A DNA stretch of 64,000 nucleotides from Phoronis australis (lineage: Eukaryota > Animalia > Phoronida): assembly GCA_002633005.1 (NCBI GenBank), contig NMRA01000052.1, positions 610,722 through 674,721 on the forward strand. The letters run 5' to 3'. Under the pieces are notes generated by a model. That model had not been told where the DNA came from. It searched no databases and saw only the letters and a program-made list of their open reading frames with translations. Every line of letters starts with the position of its first letter. Within the stretch, counting starts at the first letter, position 1. This document shows, in pieces, positions 1 through 12,029 of the stretch. A program made the translations under genes and the position numbers.

Positions 1-860
1 CGAAATGTTCACATCCAATACATACGTCATGGTCATCATGTCTGACCCCAGCATACGTAAGTAGGTGATATACAAAGGTGTGCTTACACTTCAAGTTGGA
101 CCTGGGATTTAGCCACTAAAGTTGTTCTAGTATTTCTACTACACATCTATCGCAAAAATGTACTCATGAACAAAATTTATGATATGTACTTTTGTGTGGT
201 AGGACAGCCTAAAACGGAGATCCATTTTTGAGTGCCAGTTGTCATTGTGGGACAAACTGTTTTCAATGTTTTCTCCAGTAACTATTATTGTAGGTTCCAT
301 GTTAATGTCACCCAGTTTCTGAAAAAGTGTCTTTTATTTTCCTTGATTCTTACAAAACCATCCAGAGGAGTTACAGGAATTTTTCTTACTCAGACTTAAA
401 TGTTTTATTGGTTTTGCATTGTCCAACAATGTCAGTAACCAATTGCCATCATGTTCCCCTGGCAAGATGAGCCAGTGTTTCTTAAAATCACAGGTATACG
501 CCATTACTCCTTTTGAGATGTTGCGGTAGTTGAACATGTTTGTTTTTGTGTTTCAAGTGTTTAAATTACTCTAAACAATATTTGAACAGCTTGATGGTTG
601 ACTTTTGGTACTAAGTTATAATCACATAATATTTTGATTAATCAATCTTAAAAGCATTGTAGATAATATTAGAAAATTTGTTTTTGTCAAGCTTCACTTG
701 CTAAATAATGTCATTCTAAGTAAAAATCCTGACTTACAGGTGAATGTTTTCTCTTCTTTCAGCCTCCGCCGCGACACTCATTAATATAAAAAATGCCAGG
801 AAACATTTTGAAAAACTCGAGCGACTCGAAAACTCAGGACCAAGCGTAATGACGCGATAG
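1..860 (+). CDS. RRAGA: RagA/RagB (Ras-related GTP-binding protein A/B, Gtr1 family), 3' part; exons <1-56 and 763-860
   Basis: Splicing 1-56 (donor C|gtaagt) to 763-860 (acceptor ttctttcag|) gives [50 protein letters not shown], which matches the conserved RagA/B C-terminus ([35 protein letters not shown]). Phases are compatible (phase 1). Invertebrates have a single A/B co-ortholog. Confidence 0.95.
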
Positions 861-1137
861 TTGTTCTAGTACTCAGGACAGGCACGTAAGGAATTAGTCA
901 TCGGCTAGTGGTGATTTGGGTGCTCACAGTATGTGCTGAGAAACTTCACGTTGTCTGAATAATTGTTCATACATAATAAATTATAAGAAAAATGTTTTTT
1001 GAAAATGGATACTCTTCAGTAAAACAAGGCCACGAGCAAGGTACCTAGATCGGGACAGAGTTTTTTCTCGAAATTTATTAAAAAATTAACTAATGTCGGA
1101 GAGTTTTAAATGTTTGATAGTTCGAAAACTCCTAGGG

Positions 1138-1362
1138 GCCCATTTTGTTAAAGGTCATACACTTGGTCTATTAGGACAGTTGGAGTCATGTGACTGCATA
1201 CGAAATACAAATAGAACAATGATGAAGGTATTAATTCATCGTGGTGCTGTAGATCTCTATTAACCACCATCTTCATAAACCACTAAAACAAACCGTATGC
1301 AAATATAATTTTAAGATGTGACAGTTTTTAATTCTAGTCGTGTAACCTTTAATAAAGATGGC
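1138..1362. mobile_element. Degenerate MITE-like element with imperfect terminal inverted repeats
   Basis: Left arm gcccattttgttaaaggtcatacac (1138-1162) is the imperfect reverse complement of gtgtaacctttaataaagatggc (1340-1362); no coding capacity. Confidence 0.5.
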
Positions 1363-1772
1363 ACTGGCTCCTCCATTTTGTGAGACGGCAGTTGACCACT
1401 GATAAACAAGGCCAGCAGGACTTAATATTTGCATTGTCCACACAAGTGAGAATTCGTTATAGAGTGTTCTTGAAGAAGTTTGTTAGATGCCTGATCAACC
1501 TTGGCTTATTTTGTTGGAATATTTACCACCAGTAGCAATCAATCTTTTTCTAGAGTTTGGACACTTGGAAGTCACATACTTTCCCAAAATCTTGTTTTTT
1601 GATTTTGGTGCAAATTAAAATATTTAGTCGTGAACATGTAATTTAATGCTGTATAAAGTTATTTCCCTTGTCTGAATTGCTAAAACATGATGTATTGTAA
1701 AAACATGACAGATTGTGTATAGCAGTATTTGTATTTTTCAAAGACATTGGGTTTTTAACAATATTCGTCACT

Positions 1773-2033
1773 TGCATTTTCTCTGTTTAGCTGGCTGAAA
1801 AACAAAAATTCAATTCGGCCTTGAGCTTTCATAAAATGGATCTCCTAATATTCCTTCCTGTGATATGATTCTGTGTCCGTTCGCTGCAAGAATACCGAAG
1901 TTATAAGCCTGTGACTCGGGTTGGTAACGTAAATGGAATCCAATCACAAGAAGGAATATTATGAGACTGATCCAGAAAGAGTAAAAGGCCTAATTTGACC
2001 TTGTTTTCTGTCAGCTAAACGAGACGAAATGCA
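1773..2033. mobile_element. Long imperfect foldback/MITE-like palindrome (~260 bp)
   Basis: Nested complementary blocks: tgcattttctctgtttagctg pairs with cagctaaacgagacgaaatgca, and aatattccttcctgtgat pairs with atcacaagaaggaatatt. Confidence 0.65.
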
Positions 2034-3862
2034 GCTTTAAAAGAGCTGAATGTTATTTGAAGCCTGTAACTGTTGTTGAAATTTGTTAATGAACATTGTA
2101 TATATCCATTGATTTTGTTTGATAATAAATCTTAAATTGCATTTAGTTGAATGTTATGTGGAAATGACTTTGGACCAGCTTCTTTATTGATTTCTTCATC
2201 CATTAGTGGTTTATCTTTTGCATGTAACACGACAAAAGACAATACTGTAGGAAATGTCAAGATCCACAGAGAATGAGACCTGCATCGGAGGTTGTCTTTA
2301 TATAACTTTCTGCAGAATTCTGCCGATTTCAAAACGTTTTAGCGGGAACGTTAAAAACTATATCGACTCGTGTGAAAGCATATTTTAAACATTGCCTAAA
2401 CATGCTGGTTCAAAATGTAGGTATGCTTAGAATATTTTTAGTTAAAGTGTTTTTAGTTCATGTGAATTCAGTGTTTAAGCTGGAATGTTTTAAAAATGTG
2501 GTTACTGTTTTTTTATTGAATGCTAGAGTAGCATGCTGAACGTTGTCGCATCACATAAATGAAGCGGTTAATGACATTTCGTGCAACAAATCAGCAGTTG
2601 CAGATCAACTCCATTACATTTTAATGATAAAGTTAATCGAACACATCTTTGAGCTATTAAAAATCGATTTATCAAGTGTTTTAAATTTATGCTATGATGT
2701 GAATAAAGCTGAAACTTCACCAATCAATTCTTGAAGTCGGTATTGTTAGCAGTTGAAACATCAATCATTAATCATGTCTGGAAACCATTCATGCAAGACT
2801 GAAGATTGTGCAAAATAGGTGAAAGTTGCAACTCTTAACAGTATGTTGTGCACAGCGCCTGTGTTACCAAGGTTTGCAAAAATTCGTACCTATGATCAAA
2901 TTCATTTCCAAGTGTCATTATTTGCTTGTAATACTTTATGAATGCAGTTGTTTGCGTTTGTGCGTACTCAAAAACAACATAGTTGCATACAGAATTATAG
3001 TATATTGACTAAGAGCTGGATACTGAACACCGGTGACTCTGCTATCAGATGTGGCTGGTATCAGACGAAACCCTGCAAATTTAAGGCAGTTATTTCAAAG
3101 CAACTGCTTAAGAAACCCCTGAGAATATCACCTCTTGCCTTATCGGAAAATAGTCATGGTTCTGAAATAAGACATTCCAGATTAAACAAATTGCTACATG
3201 TCATTAACACAGTTTGACCAGACTATACTACATGCCGACATCCAAAGAACAATGTCAGATATTAACTACTAAATGGAAAATACTGCTTTCAAATTTAGTT
3301 TAAGATTGAATTTTAGACGTTCTTTTTGGTAACTGATACAAAAGTGAGTACTGCCACTGGACATTGAATTTTTGGAGTCGAAGCTCATCAGCTTTCTTTA
3401 AACAAAGTTCCAAATAGCTAAATGAGTCGGCATGTTCAACAATCCACCGACTTCCTCATGGAAAATAATTACCAATAATTTTAATCTGCGTGAATAAATG
3501 AAACAGTAAAATTCAATACAAACGTACTGCTGTTCGCTTTTTACCAGTTTTTGTTTAGCTAATATCAAGTTAGAATATATGAGGAAGACCCCATAACATA
3601 AAATCTCACTTAAAACATTCCCTTGGTAATTACAAAATGTGCTTAAACAGCCACGTTTTTCGTAAAGATGTCTAAAAGGACTTTTTCTTGCATGATAAAA
3701 ATGCTACAATTAAAAAGACAAGAGTTTTGCCTTCTTCCACAATCCACTGTTGCAATGCATACAAACATTTGTCGACATGGTATCCCAACTGCGGAAAATC
3801 ATACAAGGAATCTTACTACATCGCAACCATTTGCAGGCAATAGTCTGATATAACGTGCCCGT

Positions 3863-3918
3863 ATTTTGAGAACCAGTTTCATGCCCGTTATTCAGTGGAG
3901 AAAACTGGTTCTCAAAAT
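3863..3918. mobile_element. Short hairpin MITE family copy 1 (perfect 17-bp stem)
   Basis: attttgagaaccagttt ... aaactggttctcaaaat enclosing the loop catgcccgttattcagtggaga; related copies at 22835, 27305, 31648 and ~47901. Confidence 0.75.
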
Positions 3919-4749
3919 TCGGTCACTTTACATCACACCATTACCCCATTTGCACACATCATTCACATTCACCATTCTTGCAAGTGATGGATACAATACC
4001 TAAGGCACAGGCAGATGAATTTCCCGATGACTCGTAACCATGTAAGTTATATTACACTACAGTGAGTGACGTCAGGTGATTGAGGAACAGATACACTCAA
4101 GTGCCTGTGACCTAAAGTATATGAAACATCCAGGCCTTAAAAATAATCGCTCATGACTCACAGCTACGTCTTCACATTCCATCTCAAATTCCTCCATATC
4201 TCAGACACCCATAATACATTACTTTCTCTATATATCTAACAAGCTGCTTGTTACCTTGACAACAGTCAACAACTCATACTTGAATACCAACTACACAGTG
4301 ACATTATTTTGATCACTTTTCAAGTGGTCTTAATCTATGGCCAGGAGTAAATGTATTTGCGGTACAAAAATTTTTCTGCTTTAATGAGGGGTTGTGACTA
4401 TTTGCGACATGGCATGAACCAAGCGTGATGTTGCGAAAAAAGGTAACCAAAACTGTTTTACACTGGGTCACACTGTGACACGGTCAAGTACAAATCTTTT
4501 GTGCTGTCAAGGATAGCTAACAAGATAAATTTAACAGTACAGGATCACCATTTATGACATATAGCTCCTTCACAACAATCCTATCACAGGTCACATCATT
4601 TTGCTCAAACTGTTCCCAAATAACTTTGATTAATACACGTGGTATGAAAATCTAAACACATGAAGCTCACATGATATTTGTCTTTTCCAACAAACTACTG
4701 TAAACAGATGCTATAAATCTAAAATCAATGAGATCACATGACATTCGCT

Positions 4750-4938
4750 TTTAATCTTTTACCAAATTAAAATCACACCTTCAGCGAATAATTAAGTTAA
4801 TAGTTGCGTAACCAAGGGAACACATTCAGGCAAATATTGTGACCTGTATTTTCTGCTAATCCTAAAACTGTACAAAGCAACCACTGCTTAGCATTTCCTA
4901 AGGCTGCGGAGAGCTCTAAATCTACGAATGTATGTACA
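4750..4938 (-). promoter_or_regulatory. Candidate cyclin B3 3'-UTR elements: Pumilio element, CPE and poly(A) hexamer
   Basis: On the minus strand: TGTACATA (4931-4938), TTTTAAT (4766-4772), then ATTAAA (4750-4755), all downstream of the cyclin stop at 5026. Confidence 0.4.
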
Positions 4939-5025
4939 CACGGCAGGACCATACACAGAGGTCAGTAGACGCATGGCTAAGAGAAACCATCAAGACCTCG
5001 TTGTTCCAAAGCCAGCAAGCACTCG

Positions 5026-5080
5026 TCATGACAATTCCATAATATCCATAGCAGGAGTCTTGGCGACTTCATAAAATACC
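5026..5080 (-). CDS. CCNB3: Cyclin B3 terminal coding exon (VFYEVAKTPAMDIMELS*)
   Basis: Acceptor ttgcag|; the phase-2 junction completes SHE; stop TGA at 5026-5028. Confidence 0.9.
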
Positions 5081-8000
5081 CTGCAATGGAAGGCATGCTC
5101 ACTGTGAGTCATGCTTAAGGCGGCGCATGGAATACAAGAAGCACATGCTAAGACCATGGGCCTATATCATGAAAAGGGACGTAGACTGAAATTTGGTCTT
5201 GCGCTAAGCACAGCTATATTTGAAAAGAATTAATTTCAGTTGAGAAATGTACATAGTGCGGTTAGTTGATCATGGCCCAGTTGCATAAAAGTTATACACC
5301 TTATAGCAACAAGGGTGTCGCATTATCACGCGTCGCATTGTTATTGTTGAACAATGCTCCTGACGACACGCAACAATCAAACTTATCCAGCAAATGACTT
5401 TGAAGTTTTGTGCAACCCAGCCCTGGTTATTAAAAATCACCAAAGCTGTGTGTCCTTGCATCTCTGACAGCCATAAAAACGTAATCGTGGTCCCCGGAAA
5501 ATTTTGTAATGTTGTTAATCAAAAGCCAAAGGCCTCAGCTTGAAATCCGCTGAGCACATGATGATTAGATTGTAGATTGAAAGGTGGAATTGGCAGTGTG
5601 GGAGAAGCTGGACGTGAAAACGAACAGACACTTGCCAAGGTTTTAGTTCAGCAATCAAAAACAACGCTACTGATATTTACAATTGACTGTTGAAGTCCGA
5701 CAGCAACACCTCAGTTTCTGCTTCCTGTTGGCTATTTTGGGAAATATATGTCCCGTGGAACTCTTTATCGTGAATATTTATTAGCTGTGGCTACAGGAAA
5801 AGCTTACGGTTGCCAATATTTATTTTGTCAATCAAAGATATGTTTGGCTTTATCTGTAAATCATGTCTAAAATACTCAGCTTTCTGTGGCATTGACTTTT
5901 AGAATTATGCTACATTCTACTGAAATGTGTCAGTGTCATTCGAAGTCCCTAATTCCATGAAAGAAGTCTGATTCTGTGATTTTTGTTCGTTTTCCGTCTT
6001 TAGGGTCTCAAAATAAATGAACAAGTTATTGGCTTGAGGCAGCTGTAATAAAAAACGTTGCAGAAGAAACTTACTCATGGGAGTATTTCGAGCGGACAGT
6101 GGCGAGATTCTTGCTAATAGGTGCCGCTATCATTGCGTTGAGATCAAAGACGAGTGGCATCAGGTCTTCCTGTTTGTAGCCACTGTAATGAATCATCTGG
6201 GAATCCTGAAAGGCAGCAAGACATGTTTGCTTCAAAACTGACGCAAGATTGCAAACGTTCAATGGAGCCGTTTTTTTGTTAGTCTTCAGCATTTGCGATA
6301 GGCAGAAATTCACTGAAAACTGACACATACTGCCGTTGATAACAAGAATGATCCTCCCCTCGGAGGTGATATGAATTACAGGATCAAATCTTACAAATCT
6401 TACTCATTGGGCATCAGGCAAAAGAGGGAAAATTTCACAAACCTGACCAATCATCTTTATACTAGGAACTATCTGCTATTAACAAAAAAACTTTCTAGTT
6501 GTTGCGCTCATGAAAGTCACTAAGTATTTGGAACGAGGCCCTAATTCAAAGGAAGTGCTTCAAATGGATGACTGGAAACAAGGATCAAAGATGCACAATA
6601 AAAGTAGATGGAGTCATTGAAACTTGTTTACCATTCTGCGGTTGTGACTCAAAACTACTCCACTTGCCTTCGAAAACCTGTTCTCAATCAAGGTCATGAA
6701 TTAGCAAGTTGCCAAGACATTTTGTTCAAAAACCTACCTCACATTCGTTTGTGAGGCTTGGTCGGTTAAGAATGTTAACAATCACAAATATCTATAACTT
6801 CACTGCTTGTTTTAACAATTTTTCAACCAACAACTTGACAAAAATTTGAAAACAGCACCCTCAGAAGAGACAAATTGAGGAAGCATTCTTTCGGGCTGGA
6901 TTTCGTGATTTCAATCTACAATATAAAATTTCTACAACAAAGTTTTTGAAGATCAAAATGCTGACCAGGATATTTCAACTGTAGCTGACTACTCGCTCTT
7001 ACCCATTCACGGACTTTCTTCATCTTGAACGCCAGAAGCAGGCACGCAGCGGCCATCTTAGAGTCGTCGTGCTTGAGAAAGTCGTACTCCATCAAACTCA
7101 ACTCCAGGATGAATCGACTTAGAGTAAGTGTCTCCATTGTTGACTTGGCACACTATAACAGAATACTCAAGCAGTTAATTGGCCTATTTTTGGGTCAAAA
7201 ATCCCACACAAGACCTCAGGCCACACGGGTTGCACTACGGTATTTTTCAAAACCAAATGATGGGAACAAAATTCTTCATGTTTTTATCTTAACTCTGTTC
7301 ACAGCACAACTTGAGGAAACTGTACTGCAAAGAATGGACTAGGAATTCCACTGATCACCCCACCTGGTGGCCGTTTCACAAACAAAATTTCAATTTTTTT
7401 TTGTCCCCGAGTCTGATTAACACTTGTGGCACTTAGCATTTAAACCTGTCTTTCTTTTTCTGAGATATAAACAAATCTAAATGACATCTTAAGTTCAGCA
7501 TAGATCTCTTGACTTTCACACCTTCAGTAGCAGTGACTTAGTTCTAAATAATGATGAAATGACCTAAACAGGTCATAAAGTTTTGACTTTTTAGTGAAAG
7601 TCTCCTGGATTTGAATCTAACACCTTCGCCTTTTTGTTAACCATCATAGCTTGCAGACTTAAGCCGTACCTTGGCGTATCTACGTAGGAAGCGGTAAGAC
7701 AAAGGAATGCCGAGGTCATAGCCAATAGCTTTCAACATGGACATCTCCATCCTGAGGAGCTGTGGCCGAGTGTAGGCATCGTCGCATATGTACAGGAAGT
7801 CATCTACCAGCCGGAGGACACCGTTCCTAGGGGAACAAAAATGTATTCTTTAAGGCCACTCACTTTAATTGGTCATCCAAAAAACAAGTTTAAGAACAAA
7901 TACCTGCGTTCACTAGACCCTAGTTGAAATTGGTCCAGGCTAAAAGTTCGAGTTATATCCCTGTGACAATACAGCAGAGATACTGAGTCATGAACGTTTC

Positions 8001-11000
8001 CATAAGATGTTACAAAATGAATTTCTATTACACCCAAACAAATCATCCGGGCCATCAGCGAGTATAAAAACGCTGTCCCTTCTGAAAATGCTAGCCATTT
8101 CAACTCATCAGCAGGTGGCCTTTCAATTCGTGGTGGAGAAAATTTGACAGGGTGTATATTAGCAAGAGAGAAGGAAGTGTTTCTTTTAACAGTACGCGGC
8201 AGGAAAGACAGGTTGCGTCAGTTCAGCACATTTAAACAAGAGAAAGCCATGACACTTGGTGCACTCACGTCGTATTTGCAGGCTATCAGTAGCGCGGTTG
8301 AACCGACTAGCTGCAGGTTCTCCCGGGCAACAGCCTTCTTGCACAGATACTGGTCGACTAACTTGACGGCCAGGTAGAGCGTCTCATGGTTCAGTTCGAA
8401 ATTCTCCTGTACTTCCACCATCCAGTCTACCAGGATGGCGCGCATGTTTGCCGACAGTGACTTCTGCCGTGGCATGTAGTCATTCACCTTGAACTGCGCC
8501 TGAGGGTCATACGATACGAGGTCAAAATCAAGGCACATAATCAGCAATTAATAAGTTTTGTCAACCGCCTGACAGAAACAAAATCTCGGAACGCTCATTT
8601 ACTGTTTGAGATTGACGTATTTTTCAGCTGCTTATGTCTGTCGCACGTTTTTAGAGTAATGTTGCCACTGCAGTGTTCTCTACAATCAGTTTTTAACTTG
8701 ACACTTGCATCCAGTTTAAATATCCATGAAATGAGTTTGAGGTATTGGAAAATTAGTCATTTCTTAAGGAATTTGGGACATTTTGGCACCAGTTCAATGT
8801 AGTTATTCAAAGACGTAACGTACAAATTTCCCACCGCATGGACATGAACTGTCAAACATGGACACGAATTTTGTAGCTTTTCCAGTAGATTGAATTTTTT
8901 GTTGTGGATAACACTGCACTGGTATATGGTCTGTACATAATTAGCCAGAAAGACATGCAACGTGTGGTGATTACTTACCTCCCTTGACTTGTAATATTTG
9001 AAGATGTCGTTAGCATAAAGTGGACAGTGATAAGGATCGTTAATATTTTCTTTGTCGATGTCGACAAAGTCGAGCTGGTCAGTAATCTCTTCGATGGCCG
9101 CGACTTTTGGTGCCTCAACTACAGTCTCTACAGTTTCTAGTGAGCTTTGCACCTTGACAACGGACTTGAACTCGATGTCCGAGTCGAAGGACTGTGAAGA
9201 GCTGCAACGTGTATACATTGTGTCACAAACGGGCATCAATCTAGACGACCGTATTCAACTCAACATGTTCCCTGTTCCTTCACCTACGTATCTCTTCTCT
9301 TCATCTAAGGACATTTGTGAATATCAACAGCAACTTTTGTTTGGTCCTGGTTAAGCATTTTAAAAAAAATCAAGTTCAGCAATAAGGTGAGATGACACTT
9401 CTAGTTTTTTATAATTGAACCATATCCGTGGTGAAGTTCATAAGTTATTGATATTTCTTTTTTACAGTTGATGTTCAGTTTTGAGCTTTTGAATGCATGC
9501 TCAATGTTACTGTAATAAAATGTTACTGTAACAACAGCTTAAAAATTACTTTTCACAACCATGCAAATTTCATTAACAAATTAAAGGCAGTTAAAACGTG
9601 TTATCCAGTATGCATAATCTTAAGAGCTGATTTTTCTTTCCATTCAATCCTAGATTTACCTATTGCATTCTTGTGATGATGCAGAGGATTGGCTAAGGTG
9701 ACTCTGCTGTGAACCCTGTGACGAATCACTGCACTCGTTAGAACTGGACAAGGTCTTGTCGCTGAGCACTTTCACCTTTACTTTCTGAGGTATTTTGCTG
9801 CTCTTCTTTGTCTGTTGGCTGCCCTGCTTGCCTATATATGCCTGCAACAATTCATTATCAACAGTGAAGCAAATGTTATACTTATCAGTGTTCTCCACAA
9901 CCTGTTTTGACTTGTCACTGCATAGAGTGTGAATTTTGCTGTGACAAGTTGGCCTTACTTGGGTTGAGTTTGAAAACGTATGAAACGATTTCGAAGTATT
10001 AGAAAATTTGTTATCTCTTCAGCAAATTAAGACATTTTGGTCTTTTGGTACCAGTTCAGCACATTATTCCACACAAACTCCCCACAGCATGGACATCTAC
10101 TTTCAAAAATTTAATTCCAGCCATGGAGAACACTGCTTATGATTGTGATAGAAATGATAAGGCACTCATTGATTCTTAGAGCTAATTAGTTTTGTTCAAA
10201 TGAAAATGTCAAGCAGACTGAAACTTAGGGAACAGCTTTTAAACTTTCAAAAGGATACAACAACAGATAAACACAAATTTTAATTTTGAAAACAACAGCC
10301 AACATTTTATTTCAGATAGGTATTGAAAGAAGAAATTTGCACAAATAATTAACAAAATTATTTTTTGTCTATTTTTCAAAAACTTCTTAACTTTCATTGT
10401 TGTGAGAGCTCAGTTTTTAGAAATATTGTCAGAAGGTAACCATGGAACAGAACGTGAAAATGGTGAAGCATCAATTTGGTTAAAAAGTGGTAAAATGAAA
10501 CTTTATTTTTTCCTAAATTAGCGAGATCTTACAGTTTGATGACAGGTTACCAAAGCACAATTCACACGTGGACAACCAACCGCTGAGTGAAAGATACAGT
10601 TTTACAATAAATGACTCAACAACCTTTAATCATGGTCATCATAATGTAAACAACAGCCTAATAAACCAAATTTTGCTTACATTAGTTAGGTCTCCGAATG
10701 CCGATCGTTTATTGTGTGGTATATTTTCCTGAGAAGATTCATTGTATCTCTTGATACCGCCAGCCTTTCCCACAGGTTTGCCAGCCTGAAACAAAGCAAG
10801 CGCATTCAGTGCGTGTACATACAGCAGCCATGAAGATTCGAAGTCACAGTTAGCTACCTATAGAATTTCCCCCTTTCTATTACCTCAGACGAATGAAGGC
10901 TCTGCTGACCGACAGTCAATGAAGGGTTTTTCTAACACACATCTCTAGTTAGGCGTGATCATGCTAGTGATAAGTTCATGACCTAATTAGCATATAACAG

Positions 11001-12029
11001 CAAAATGTCTGTTGAGGACTTTACGTGAGTGAAGGCCTAAACCGGAAAAGTCACTATTGTCATTCCTAAAAACAACATGTGCTATCGCAGGTGTCTTATG
11101 AGTTACTAGCATACAGCAGATGGCACCAACAACCATAAAATATTGACAGGGTCAGCACAGTGGATATGGTAGTTTGTGATACTGCTGAAAATATCTGCCC
11201 CATTCCTCTGAATAATAATGAAAAAAACATACATAAAATTCCAAATTCCGTTTTTTAGGGGGGGGGGGGATGTTGTATTTTTGACGAGGTGAAAACCACT
11301 TATTCAATGACCTCATTTGGGCTACCGTGGGATGAGATTAGTACAGAAACCGATGGGGAGTAGAGTATTACAGCCCTCTCCACTTTCTTCAGCCAATAGA
11401 GAGGCTACATGTAGCCTTCTGTGGAACTTGTTCAGTAACTTATCTACTCTAGACAGTAACCACCATCTCGACTGGCCTTTGAGACGGTGAAGTTAATACA
11501 GTCAGAAATAGGTGCTTCATATGCCACAAGCTTTTCGGCGAATTATGCTTCACACTGATTAAAACATCAAAGTCATGTTGTTATAACTAAGCACCTGACC
11601 ATTTTTACACAGTGTAAGCCAGGGGATATGATGTCCTAGCAGGCGCAGTAAAAATAGGAGCAATGTAAAAATGGCCAGTTGTCTATTTGGCCAATAGTTT
11701 GATAAAGGGAGTATTTGATCAAATTGGAAGGAATTAAAGACAATTATGGCCTCTTCTATGCACAAAAGGTATTTATAACAATGTGACTTTGACGTTTTAA
11801 TCAGTGCGAGACATTCGCTGAAAAGCTTCAGACGCATGCCTAACCGTAGGGGTCATGACAGCTAGAGATAGTGGTCACTGACAACTTATCCTGCTGATCA
11901 TATTCATTGCACCGAAGCAAATTTTAGACAATTTATGGTACTTACCTGTCCAGCCATTCCAGGAACTTTCTTCGCCACATCATCTCCACGATTGGGGATG
12001 GTTCGAAGAGTTCTCCTCGTTGAAGCCAT
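5026..12029 (-). CDS. CCNB3: G2/mitotic-specific cyclin B3 (~438 aa after correcting one frameshift); coding exons 11946-12029, 10681-10785, 9660-9841, 8979-9201, 8269-8499, 7670-7826, 7003-7152, 6075-6205, 5026-5080
   Basis: All introns are GT-AG with consistent phases except for a +1 base in exon 7670-7826. B3-type D-box RSAFGDLTN; cyclin box MRAILVDWMVEVQENFELNHETLYLAVKLVD; DDFLYICDDAY; DLGIPLSYRFLRRYAK; TLSRFILELSLMEY; C-terminal KYSHEVFYEVAK. Confidence 0.95.
5274..5422. mobile_element. MITE-like element with imperfect TIRs in the last cyclin intron
   Basis: ggcccagttgcataaaa (5274-5290) is the imperfect reverse complement of ttttgtgcaacccagcc (5406-5422). Confidence 0.45.
6075..6205 (-). 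CDS. CCNB3: Cyclin B3 coding exon 8 (DSQMIHYSGY...RSKYSH)
   Basis: Bounded by tttcag| and |gtaagt; cyclin C-terminal domain motifs HYSGY and VRSKYS. Confidence 0.92.
7003..7152 (-). CDS. CCNB3: Cyclin B3 coding exon 7 (CAKSTMETLTLSRFILELSL...REW)
   Basis: 150 nt, phase 0/0, ttatag| ... |gtaaga. Confidence 0.93.
7670..7826 (-). CDS. CCNB3: Cyclin B3 coding exon 6 (ERCPP/LVDDFLYICDDAY...RRYAK), carries a 1-bp insertion
   Basis: 157 nt (3n+1) between two phase-0 introns; removing one base at 7811-7812 restores ERCPPLVDDFLYICDDAY. Confidence 0.9.
8269..8499 (-). CDS. CCNB3: Cyclin B3 coding exon 5 (cyclin box N-terminal fold)
   Basis: 231 nt, AQFKVNDYM...MRAILVDWMVEVQENF...IACKYD, cctcag| ... 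|gtgagt. Confidence 0.95.
8979..9201 (-). CDS. CCNB3: Cyclin B3 coding exon 4 (…DIDKENINDPYHCPLYANDIFKYYKSRE)
   Basis: Cyclin DID...DP...YA.DIF.Y...RE motif; ttgcag| ... |gtaagt. Confidence 0.92.
9660..9841 (-). CDS. CCNB3: Cyclin B3 coding exon 3 (Lys/Ser-rich disordered linker)
   Basis: 182 nt, ttgcag| ... |gtaaat, phase 0/2 compatible with both neighbours. Confidence 0.8.
10681..10785 (-). CDS. CCNB3: Cyclin B3 coding exon 2 with destruction box RSAFGDLTN (10681-10707)
   Basis: 105 nt, AGKPVGKAGGIKRYNESSQENIPHNKRSAFGDLTN, tttcag| ... |gtaagc. The RxxF form of the D-box is typical of B3 cyclins. Confidence 0.9.
11515..11740. repeat. Interspersed repeat copy A (partner at 13800-14050)
   Basis: cttcatatgcca...ggcgaattatg...cacactgattaaa.catcaaagtcatgtt is shared in direct orientation; the remainder matches the partner in inverted orientation. 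Confidence 0.7.
11946..12029 (-). CDS. CCNB3: Cyclin B3 first coding exon (MASTRRTLRTIPNRGDDVAKKVPGMAGQ)
   Basis: ATG at 12027-12029 in gtgATGG context, donor CAG|gtaagt; an acceptor-like tttttaaacag lies 6 nt upstream, implying a 5'-UTR intron. Confidence 0.8.

Noticed and set aside
881-891. Donor-like cac|gtaagg 25 nt after the Rag stop
   Set aside because: No clear partner acceptor, and an AATAAA follows at 975; a 3'-UTR intron cannot be supported.
9281-9310. Possible extra cyclin micro-exon (ttag|ATGAAGAGAAGAGATACGTAG|gtgaag on -)
   Set aside because: In the required phase it reads AGA TGA (stop); the flanking exons already join in frame.
8770-10110. Diverged similarity between two cyclin introns (8770-8860 and 10030-10110)
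   Set aside because: Probably old copies of an interspersed repeat; too degenerate to define ends or function.
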